Positions 56,621 to 64,000 of a stretch of 64,000 nucleotides of DNA are shown in pieces. A program made the translations under genes and the position numbers. The DNA lies in contig CAJLHL010000001.1 in assembly GCA_905206455.1 (NCBI GenBank), positions 4,191-68,190 of the forward strand, given 5' to 3'. This stretch comes from an uncultured Eubacteriales bacterium (GTDB lineage: Bacteria > Bacillota > Clostridia > Peptostreptococcales > Anaerovoracaceae). A model generated the notes under the pieces. The model ran no database searches, had not been told where the DNA came from, and saw only the letters and a list, made by a program, of their open reading frames with translations. Numbering within the stretch: position 1 is the first letter of the stretch; each line of letters begins with the position of its first letter.

Positions 56621-58294
56621 ATGAATAAATTATACATCGCCGGCATCGGGCCCGGCGGACCGGAATATATGACACGAAAAGCATACCGCATCCTGCAGGA
56701 GGCAGATCTGATCGTGGGTTATACATTATACAACGACTTGCTTCGCCGGGAGTTTCCGGATAAAACATATTATTCCACAGCCATGACCGGTGAGCGGGAA
56801 CGGTGCCTGTACGCTCTTCGTGCCGCGGAGGCGGGACGAAAGGCAGTGGTGGTATGCAGCGGCGACAGCGGGGTCTACGGTATGGCTTCTCTGGTGCTGG
56901 AACTGGCGGAAGAACGGGGATTTGACGTGGAGATCGAAGCTGTTCCGGGTGTTACAGCAGCGCTGGGCGCCGGTGCACTGGCCGGCGCGGCGGTTTCCGG
57001 AGATTTTGCAGCGGTGAGTCTCAGCGATCTTCTGACTCCCTGGAACGTGATCGAAAAGCGGCTTCGGACGGCGGCTTCCGGTGATTTCGTCATCGCTTTA
57101 TATAATCCCGGTTCCAGAAAGAGGCGGGATCATCTGAAAAGAGCCTGCGAAGTCATCGGACAGTTCCGGGCTTGGGACACCGTGTGCGCTGTCGCGGAGC
57201 GGATCGGCAGAGAGGGCGAGAATGTGAGATTTCTTTCACTGGAACAGTTATCGTCGGCAGAAGCGGACATGTTTATGACGATTCTCATCGGAAATTCTTC
57301 CACTCGCATGGTCCGGCTGAGCGGCGGCGCGGAAAAAATGGTGACTCCCCGGGGATACCGGATCGGTGAGCCGGCGGACCTTTGGAAAAAGGAGAGCCTG
57401 CCGGAAAGAAAAAATGCCGGGAGAGAACGTATCGTAATTTTCGGAGGTACGACGGAGGGGCGGCAGCTGACGGAATTTGCCTGTGAGAAAGGAGTGCCGG
57501 TATTTCTGTGTGTAGCGACGGCATACGGAGAACGGATGGTGAAGCCTCATCCTCTTTTAGAGGTGAATTCCGCGGGTCTGGGACAGAAAGAGATCGAAGA
57601 GCTGCTCACGGATTCCCGCATTCTCGCTGTGCTGGACGCTACTCATCCTTATGCCGCGGAGATCACCGAAAAGACAGCGGCCGCCTGTCGGAAAACCGGC
57701 CGCAGGTATCTTCGGATTCTGCGGAATGTCTTCGAAGGAGGAGCAGATCAGGCTGGAGAAAGAACCTTTTCTGAAAACGGAAATCAGGCGGAAGGAGAGG
57801 TTTTTTTCGCCGGAAGTATACGGCAGGCGGCTGATTTTCTGGATCGCGTGCAGGGACGAGCCCTGATCACCACAGGTTCGAAGGAAGCGGCGGAATACAT
57901 GAAGATAAAAGACGCCGAAGAGCGGCTGACGTTCCGGGTTCTTCCCTCAAGGGAAGCGCTGGCGGCCTGTGAGGCGGCGGGAATTTCCGGAAAGAATCTG
58001 ATCTGCATGCAGGGACCTTTTTCCGCGGAGATGAATGCCTGTATGATGCGGGAATGCGGCGCGTCTTATCTGGTGACGAAAATTTCAGGAAAAAACGGAG
58101 GCTTTGAGGAGAAAATCGAAGCTGCGCGCAGAGTCGGAGCGCGCGTAATCGCCGTACTGCCGCCGGAGAGCCGCAGCGGAATTTCCATGCGCGATGCGGA
58201 AGATGTCATCTGCCGTATTGCAGAGGAACTGAACAGGGCGAAGAAATCTGCCGGAAGAAATTCGGGCCGGCCGAAGCATTTTCCGGGGCTGTAA
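56621..58294 (+). CDS. fusion of cobalt-precorrin-3B C17-methyltransferase (CbiH) and cobalt-precorrin-6A reductase (CbiJ)
   Basis: The N-terminal half (YIAGIGPGGPEYMTRKA, VCSGDSGVYGMAS, TPRGY) resembles CbiH. The C-terminal half (IVIFGGTTEGR, LDATHPYAAEIT, LVTKISGKNGGFEEK) resembles CbiJ/CobK. Confidence 0.85.
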   Translation: MNKLYIAGIGPGGPEYMTRKAYRILQEADLIVGYTLYNDLLRREFPDKTYYSTAMTGERERCLYALRAAEAGRKAVVVCSGDSGVYGMASLVLELAEERGFDVEIEAVPGVTAALGAGALAGAAVSGDFAAVSLSDLLTPWNVIEKRLRTAASGDFVIALYNPGSRKRRDHLKRACEVIGQFRAWDTVCAVAERIGREGENVRFLSLEQLSSAEADMFMTILIGNSSTRMVRLSGGAEKMVTPRGYRIGEPADLWKKESLPERKNAGRERIVIFGGTTEGRQLTEFACEKGVPVFLCVATAYGERMVKPHPLLEVNSAGLGQKEIEELLTDSRILAVLDATHPYAAEITEKTAAACRKTGRRYLRILRNVFEGGADQAGERTFSENGNQAEGEVFFAGSIRQAADFLDRVQGRALITTGSKEAAEYMKIKDAEERLTFRVLPSREALAACEAAGISGKNLICMQGPFSAEMNACMMRECGASYLVTKISGKNGGFEEKIEAARRVGARVIAVLPPESRSGISMRDAEDVICRIAEELNRAKKSAGRNSGRPKHFPGL

Positions 58295-58361
58295 AAGGCG
58301 GAGCGGTCTGAAAAACGGCGGGAAGAAGTATCGAAGCGGAGGGAGGAGACGGAGGATAAGA

Positions 58362-59687
58362 ATGAAGTACAGCAAAGAGACAGCCGGAAAAATGATGCCG
58401 GAACGATTCGCACCGGGTGGTTCCGTGACGATTGCAGGAATCGGTCCGGGGCATCCGGATATGATGACAGAAGCTCTTCGCCGGGCCTTTTTGAGAGCGG
58501 ACACGGTGATCGGCGCGGCGCGGATGATTGAAGAACTGAAGAGGATCCCGGCGGCAGAGGGGATGAAAAACGGCCCGAAAATCTATAAAGAAGAGTATCG
58601 TTCTCAGAAAGTGGCGGAGTATATCGCAGACGACGGACGTGATTATCCGAACCGGCGTTATCTCGTGGCGGTTTCCGGGGACAGCGGTTTTTTCAGCGCC
58701 GCGTCGGGAATTTTCAGCACCCTCGAGAAAAAGGGGATCGCTGCAGAGATTCTTCCCGGGATTTCTTCTTTGTCCTATCTCTGTGCCAAGGCAGGGGTTT
58801 CTTGGGAGGATACGGTAAGTCTCAGCGCTCACGGCAGAAAAGCGAGCATCGCGGCATGCGTCCGCCGAAACCGGAAGACGTTTTTGCTGACGGGCAGCAA
58901 CGGAGCGCAGCTGCTTCGTCATCTGACGGACTTCGGCCTGGGGGACGTGCGGGTGATCGCCGGAGAAAGGCTTTCCTGCTGCGACGAACGGATTTCAGAG
59001 GGCAGAGTGTCTGAGATGGCCTGCCGCAAGTATTCTGTGCTGACGTCGATGCTTCTGATCAATTCCGATCCCAGACCTTTTTTTCTCTGCGGAATGGAAG
59101 ACGGCAGTTTTCTCCGCGGCAGTGTTCCTATGACAAAGCGGGAAATCCGCGCCCAAGCGCTGTCGCTTCTGCAGCTCAAAGAGGAGAGCGTCGCTTACGA
59201 TATCGGTGCGGGAACCGGTTCTGTCACCGTGGAGATGGCGCTGGCGGGCTGGAGGGGAAACGTCTTTGCTGTGGAACGAAACCCGGAGGGCGCGGCGCTC
59301 ATCCGTCAGAACTGCAGAATGTTTTCGGCAGATAATGTAACGGTCGTCGAAGGGGACGCGCCAGAGGCGCTGAAAGATCTTCCTGCACCGGATGCCGTTT
59401 TTATCGGAGGTTCCGGGGGGCGGCTGGATGAGATTCTGGAATTTCTGCGCTTTAAGGGCGCGGAGAAACGAGAGGGCGAGAAAGAGAGCGGCTTCGCGAT
59501 GCGCCTGGTGATGACCGCGGTCACACTGGAGACGGTCGGATCGGGGGTGAAAAAATTAGAAAAATTCGGTTTTGAAGATGCACAGGTCGTCCAGATCGCC
59601 GCGGCGCGCGGGGAGAAGGCCGGGAAATATCATCTTCTGAAAGCTCAGTCTCCCGTTTTTATCCTCAGCGGCGAGCTCCGTCTGTAA
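58362..59687 (+). CDS. bifunctional cobalt-precorrin-6B/7 methyltransferase (CbiE-CbiT fusion, CobL-like)
   Basis: Has an N-terminal tetrapyrrole-methylase half (VTIAGIGPGHPDMMT) and a C-terminal SAM-methyltransferase half (MTKREIRAQALSLL, YDIGAGTGSVTVE). Confidence 0.85.
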   Translation: MKYSKETAGKMMPERFAPGGSVTIAGIGPGHPDMMTEALRRAFLRADTVIGAARMIEELKRIPAAEGMKNGPKIYKEEYRSQKVAEYIADDGRDYPNRRYLVAVSGDSGFFSAASGIFSTLEKKGIAAEILPGISSLSYLCAKAGVSWEDTVSLSAHGRKASIAACVRRNRKTFLLTGSNGAQLLRHLTDFGLGDVRVIAGERLSCCDERISEGRVSEMACRKYSVLTSMLLINSDPRPFFLCGMEDGSFLRGSVPMTKREIRAQALSLLQLKEESVAYDIGAGTGSVTVEMALAGWRGNVFAVERNPEGAALIRQNCRMFSADNVTVVEGDAPEALKDLPAPDAVFIGGSGGRLDEILEFLRFKGAEKREGEKESGFAMRLVMTAVTLETVGSGVKKLEKFGFEDAQVVQIAAARGEKAGKYHLLKAQSPVFILSGELRL

Positions 59688-59967
59688 GACTGCCGGACAG
59701 ATTTGCGGTATTTTTTCAGAGACAGCGTTTCTGAAACGTGCAGAATTGAGCTGTGCGAAGGCTGTGAAACGCCAGAAGAAACGCAAATGCAGAAATTAAG
59801 AAAGCGGTCAAAAGGCGCCGCATGAGATCGGCGCGGCGGCGGGAGAAGCACAGCGGCCGAAAGGCATGTGAAACGCGCGAAGATCCGGGAAGTACAGAGA
59901 AGACGGAAAATGAAAAAATTTTGAACATGCAGAAATGAAAAAGAGGAATGGATGAAGAGAAGGAACC

Positions 59968-61503
59968 ATGTGTGAAAAAGACGGAAAGAGACCGGAATCT
60001 GCGGATTCGGATTGTGGGACAGAACGAATCTCCCTGCCCGGGAGCAGAATCGTTATCGCCGGTACCGGCAGCGGATGCGGAAAGACGACGGTCACGTCGG
60101 GACTCCTTCAGTGCCTGAAAGACAGAGGGGTCTCCGCCGCCGCTTTTAAATGCGGTCCCGATTATATCGATCCCATGTTTCATGAAAAAGTCCTGGGAAC
60201 AAAATCGGAAAATCTCGATCTTTTTTTCTCCGGCCGTGAGGCACTGCGGTATCTGGCGGCGGACAGCGGACGGGGATGCGATATTGGTGTGGCGGAAGGT
60301 GTGATGGGTTTTTATGACGGCGTCGGCATGACAGAGACGGCGTCTACTTACGAGGTGGCGAAAGCCCTGGACGCTCCGGTGATTCTCGTGCTCAGCGCCG
60401 CCGGAGTGGCATCTTCCGTGCTGGCAGTACTGGAAGGATTCTTAAATCATCGAAGTGACAGCGGTATCCGGGGGGTGATTTTTAACCGTCTGCCGGCGAA
60501 GCTGTATGACCATCTGGCAGATCGTGTGCGTCGTCTGGGAATAGAACCCCTTGGATATCTGCCCGCCGACGGCAGAGCGGAAATCAGGAGCCGTCATCTG
60601 GGACTGATAACGGCAGGAGAAATCACCGATCTAAAAGAAAAAATGAAAGTTATCGCCCGATGGATGGAGAAGACAGTGGATATCGACGGTGTTCTTCGCC
60701 TGGCATCCGAAGCGAAGCCTGCGTCAGCGGAGATTCCTCTGCAGATTGTATCGGCAGAGAAGCGGGCGAAAGAGCGCCGTAATTTTGCCAGAATCGCTGT
60801 GGCTTCGGACGAAGCTTTTTGTTTTACATATAAATCAAATCTCTCGCTGCTGGAACGTCTGGGCGCGGAGCTGGTCCCTTTCAGTCCTCTTCGGGACAGG
60901 CGTCTTCCGGCAGACGTGGACGGACTGCTTCTCAGCGGCGGTTATCCGGAGCTTTACGCCGAACAGCTGGAGAGCAATAAAGACATGAGGTCGCAGATTC
61001 GCGGTGCGGTACGGCGTAATATGCCTACTCTTGCGGAGTGCGGCGGATTTCTGTATCTGCACACTTTCATCGAAGCGGCGGAAAACGCGGTAAAGGACGA
61101 CGCTGGTCAAAAAAAAGGAACTGTGCAGAGAACTGCTGCGAGCCGGCGGAAAAAAATGTGTGAAATGGCGGATGTAATTCCCGGAGAATGCCGGCGGAAG
61201 GGGCTTTCCGGCCAGTTCGGATATATTATCATGGAAGCCCGAAAAGACGGTTTGATCGCGTCTGAGGGCGAGCGTCTGAGGGCGCATGAGTTTCACTACT
61301 GGCAGAGTTCATCGCCGGGAGAAGATTTCTCAGCGGAAAAGGCGGACCGGAGCAGAGAATGGAAATGCGGCTATTCTTCGGAGACGTTATACGCCGGATT
61401 TCCTCATTTGTTTTTGTATTCTTCGCCGAAAGCGGCAGAGCGCTTTGTGAACAGATGCGCTGAATTCCGCCGCGGAAGAAAGGCGGAAGAGGAAAGATCG
61501 TGA
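59968..61503 (+). CDS. cbiA: cobyrinate a,c-diamide synthase
   Basis: Carries IVIAGTGSGCGKTTVTSGLL, FKCGPDYIDPMFH and a C-terminal glutamine amidotransferase (AECGGFLYL). Confidence 0.9.
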   Translation: MCEKDGKRPESADSDCGTERISLPGSRIVIAGTGSGCGKTTVTSGLLQCLKDRGVSAAAFKCGPDYIDPMFHEKVLGTKSENLDLFFSGREALRYLAADSGRGCDIGVAEGVMGFYDGVGMTETASTYEVAKALDAPVILVLSAAGVASSVLAVLEGFLNHRSDSGIRGVIFNRLPAKLYDHLADRVRRLGIEPLGYLPADGRAEIRSRHLGLITAGEITDLKEKMKVIARWMEKTVDIDGVLRLASEAKPASAEIPLQIVSAEKRAKERRNFARIAVASDEAFCFTYKSNLSLLERLGAELVPFSPLRDRRLPADVDGLLLSGGYPELYAEQLESNKDMRSQIRGAVRRNMPTLAECGGFLYLHTFIEAAENAVKDDAGQKKGTVQRTAASRRKKMCEMADVIPGECRRKGLSGQFGYIIMEARKDGLIASEGERLRAHEFHYWQSSSPGEDFSAEKADRSREWKCGYSSETLYAGFPHLFLYSSPKAAERFVNRCAEFRRGRKAEEERS

Positions 61504-61519
61504 AGACAGGAGCCGTGTC

Positions 61520-62902
61520 ATGGAAGAAAAAGAAGAGAAAAACTTACAGATCAGAGAACGAGAGAGCCGGCGGAGCGGAGTATGGAACGATCTTCGGTGT
61601 GAGGCGGGAAAAAGTCAGAAGTATAGAGCGGAAAGACCGTATGAAATTTTTCTCGCTGAGCTGATTTCCTGCAGCCGCGTATTCGATCGGGAAGCTGAGG
61701 CGGAGAGCCGCCGCCGGTGGGATCGTATCGGAAAACCCATCGACGGACTGGGAAAGCTGGAAACCATGGTCTCAAAGATTGCCGGAATGACGGGAACGCC
61801 GGATGTGAAGATACGAAGAAAAGCGGTGGCTGTCATGTGCGGAGATCACGGCGTGGTGGCGGAAGGTGTGACTCAGACCGGGCAAGAGGTGACGGCGCTG
61901 GTAGCGGAGCATATCGCCGGAGGAACCTCGACCGTCTGTCTCATGGCCCGCGCCGCAGGCGCGGACGTATTTGCAGCGGATCTGGGGATCGCCTGTGAGT
62001 TTTCCTCGGAATGGAACAGCATGGCGCGGGAATCAGTGTTATCAGCGGGATCTGAGGATTCTTTCGCCGATGTAAAGAAGGAGCGTCCCCGCGGTCCGGA
62101 AAGGAGCCGTGGTCTGGTGAAAGAGGGCTGCGGCACAGCGGATTTTGCCGATGAGAGCTTTGATCATAAGAAGTTTATTCTTTCTCCTTCCGGACGGCTC
62201 GCACCGGGAAAAATAGCGGGCAAGAAAGTGTCCAAAGGGACGGAAAATATGATGCGCAAGCCTGCTATGACGAGGGAACAGGCGGCGCTGGCTGTATGCC
62301 GGGGTGTGGAAACGGCGGTGGAACTTGCACAGATGGGATATGACATCATCGTCACCGGGGAGATGGGAATCGGCAACACAACAGCCGCCAGCGCGGCCGC
62401 CTGCTGTATCTGCGGTCTTACACCGGAAGAAGCTGTAGGCAGAGGAGCCGGTTTATCGAAGGAGGGGCTTATGCGCAAGACCGGGGCGGTGAGGGGAGCC
62501 CTTTCTCTCCATCGTCCGAATGCTGAGGACGCGCTCGATGTGCTCTCTAAGGTGGGAGGTTATGATATCGCCGGTATGACGGGTCTGTTTCTCGGCGGTG
62601 CTGTCTGCGGGATTCCCGTGGTGGTGGACGGTGTGATATCGGCGGTCTCCGCGGCTTTGGCCTCGCGGCTGTGTCCGGACTGCAGGGAGTTCATGCTGGC
62701 GTCTCATCTGGGAAAAGAACCGGCGATGAAACCTCTGCTGGACATGCTCGGCCTTTCTCCGGTGATCTGCGCGGATCTCGCGCTGGGAGAGGGGACTGGC
62801 GGAACGGCGCTGCTCCCTCTTCTGGATATGGCGCTGTGCGTATATAAGGAAAACGTCACTTTTGAAGATATCCATATGGATGCTTATGAGAGAATGAAAT
62901 GA
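61520..62902 (+). CDS. cobT: nicotinate-nucleotide--dimethylbenzimidazole phosphoribosyltransferase, with an internal insertion of about 75 aa
   Basis: Carries IGKPIDGLGKLE, MCGDHGV and GEMGIGNTTAASA. The insertion is discussed in the findings. Confidence 0.85.
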   Translation: MEEKEEKNLQIRERESRRSGVWNDLRCEAGKSQKYRAERPYEIFLAELISCSRVFDREAEAESRRRWDRIGKPIDGLGKLETMVSKIAGMTGTPDVKIRRKAVAVMCGDHGVVAEGVTQTGQEVTALVAEHIAGGTSTVCLMARAAGADVFAADLGIACEFSSEWNSMARESVLSAGSEDSFADVKKERPRGPERSRGLVKEGCGTADFADESFDHKKFILSPSGRLAPGKIAGKKVSKGTENMMRKPAMTREQAALAVCRGVETAVELAQMGYDIIVTGEMGIGNTTAASAAACCICGLTPEEAVGRGAGLSKEGLMRKTGAVRGALSLHRPNAEDALDVLSKVGGYDIAGMTGLFLGGAVCGIPVVVDGVISAVSAALASRLCPDCREFMLASHLGKEPAMKPLLDMLGLSPVICADLALGEGTGGTALLPLLDMALCVYKENVTFEDIHMDAYERMK

Positions 62903-63630
62903 TTTATTTTATCTTTGGAGGCAGCGCCAGCGGAAAATCGGAATATGCGGAAAATCTGGCGGTATTCTGCGCGTCAGGCGGATGCGCAGATCTCTCTGCG
63001 GACGGCGGGGCGGTGGACTGCCGGAAATACTGTAATTCCGATGCCGGCGGAAAAGAGGAAAGGAACGGTCGCAGTTTTGAGAAAACGGAGAACGGCGGGC
63101 GGCTGCTGTACGTGGCGACGATGCGCCGGGACAGCGGAGAAGCGGCGGCCCGCATAAGAAAACACCGGGAGCAGCGGCGCGGAAAAGGGTTTCGGCTGTA
63201 TGAGGCGGAATCGCTTTCCGCGCTGAAAGGCGCTCCCTGCGCACATACGATTCTGTTCGACTGTCTGTCGGATTTTGCCGCAAACGTTATGTTTTCAGAG
63301 GAAAATCTGCGGCGCTTTACAGAGTCTGAGAGCTTGTCGGAGTCCGGGAGAAATTCTCTTCTGGAAACATACCGGATTTCTCTGTCGGAAGAAATCGGGA
63401 CAGGCGTCCGGGAACTGGAGGAAAAGTGCGAAAATCTCGTGATCGTATCGGATTTCGTTTTTTCCGACGGTGCGGTCTATGATTCTCTGACGGAATTATA
63501 CATATGTCTGCTGGGGGACTTATGGAGAAAGATAGCAGAGCGGGCTGATGAGGTGACAGAGATCGTATTCGGGCTGCCCGTAAAACTGAAACAGCGCGGC
63601 AGAAGCAGTATGCGATCAGCCGGAAATTGA
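62899..63630 (+). CDS. cobU: adenosylcobinamide kinase / adenosylcobinamide-phosphate guanylyltransferase, with an insertion after the P-loop
   Basis: Carries the P-loop FGGSASGKSEYAE, LYVATM and IRKHREQR. The start has an ATGA overlap with cobT. Confidence 0.8.
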   Translation: MIYFIFGGSASGKSEYAENLAVFCASGGCADLSADGGAVDCRKYCNSDAGGKEERNGRSFEKTENGGRLLYVATMRRDSGEAAARIRKHREQRRGKGFRLYEAESLSALKGAPCAHTILFDCLSDFAANVMFSEENLRRFTESESLSESGRNSLLETYRISLSEEIGTGVRELEEKCENLVIVSDFVFSDGAVYDSLTELYICLLGDLWRKIAERADEVTEIVFGLPVKLKQRGRSSMRSAGN

Positions 63631-63745
63631 ACGGAAACCGCGAGATGCAAAGCCGAGCAGCGCAATGAGAAGCAGTCCGGAAACGCGTACGGGATCTGCG
63701 AAAAATGCAGGTGTCTTCTCCGCTGCCGTAAGGGAGGAGTATTTT

Positions 63746-64000
63746 TTGAATATTTTGCAGTCTTTTCTTATCACACTGTCTATGTATACGGTGATTCCAA
63801 TGCCCGCAACAGAGTGGAACGGCCGAAATCTTCGGTACTGTATGGCGTTTTTGCCTGCGGCGGGATTTGTCATCAGCGCCGCGGAGTGGGTGCTTTTTTT
63901 CGTATGCTATTCTTTGCATCTTTCGGATGTTTTTTTTGCTTCGTTTTTCTGCGCGCTGCCGGTTTTGGTTACGGGAAAAATTCACATCGACGGGCTGATC
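63746..64000 (+). CDS. cobS: adenosylcobinamide-GDP ribazoletransferase (cobalamin synthase), N-terminal part that runs off the window
   Basis: This ORF is not in the ORF track. My own translation from TTG 63746 (GGGAGGAG lies 7 nt upstream) reads LNILQSFLITLSMYTVIPMP...FLPAAGFVI...VTGKIHIDGLI, which matches CobS motifs (TGxxHxDGL). It is open to the window end. Confidence 0.75.
   Translation, partial: MNILQSFLITLSMYTVIPMPATEWNGRNLRYCMAFLPAAGFVISAAEWVLFFVCYSLHLSDVFFASFFCALPVLVTGKIHIDGLI

Overview
Chromosomal window from a probable anaerobic Firmicute (Clostridia-like; inferred from gene content, not from any search). Most genes from 14.5 kb onward sit on the + strand.

Content in order:
- 0-14 kb, mixed housekeeping and accessory genes: cfa (partial), polysaccharide deacetylase, permuted-papain hydrolase, AhpD-like protein, Abi_2 abortive-infection protein, NUDIX hydrolase, tyrA, tRNA-Ser(GGA), an orphan r1t-type holin, thioesterase, CNNM/TlyC protein, TetR regulator, Mn-catalase, citrate synthase, and a DUF4234-SHOCT membrane protein.
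- 14-22.6 kb: uvrB-uvrA behind a Cheo/LexA box, then pncB and ilvE.
- 23-29.3 kb: complete F1Fo ATP synthase operon, atpBEFHAGDC.
- 29.7-31.5 kb: glycine riboswitch in front of an alanine/glycine:cation symporter.
- 32-40.3 kb: complete type I-C CRISPR-Cas locus, cas3-cas5c-cas8c-cas7c-cas4-cas1-cas2, plus an array of 7 repeats and 6 spacers. It is bracketed by visibly AT-rich tracts with no long ORF.
- 41-51.3 kb: small alarmone synthetase, nrdD with NrdR boxes, a flavodoxin/ferredoxin protein, a MATE pump, a four-domain class-F flavodiiron protein, and nrdG.
- 51.3-64 kb: anaerobic cobalamin cluster, cbiD-cbiF-cbiG-[MATE]-cbiHJ-cbiET-cbiA-cobT-cobU-cobS (partial).

I did not find a clearly new multi-gene system. 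The observations most worth following up are:
- cas3 is interrupted by one in-frame TAG while the rest of the I-C locus looks intact.
- A strong internal Shine-Dalgarno plus GTG inside cas8c fits a hidden cas11c.
- The glycine riboswitch appears to be a single aptamer carrying a roughly 100-nt insertion.
- nrdG lies 6.4 kb from nrdD and overlaps cbiD.
- A MATE pump with a charged N-terminal extension sits inside the cbi operon, and several enzymes there carry long insertions.
- Several long leaders and spacers with no long ORF have promoter or terminator modules that no annotated gene explains.

All calls come from reading the sequence and recalling family motifs. No database search or folding program was run.
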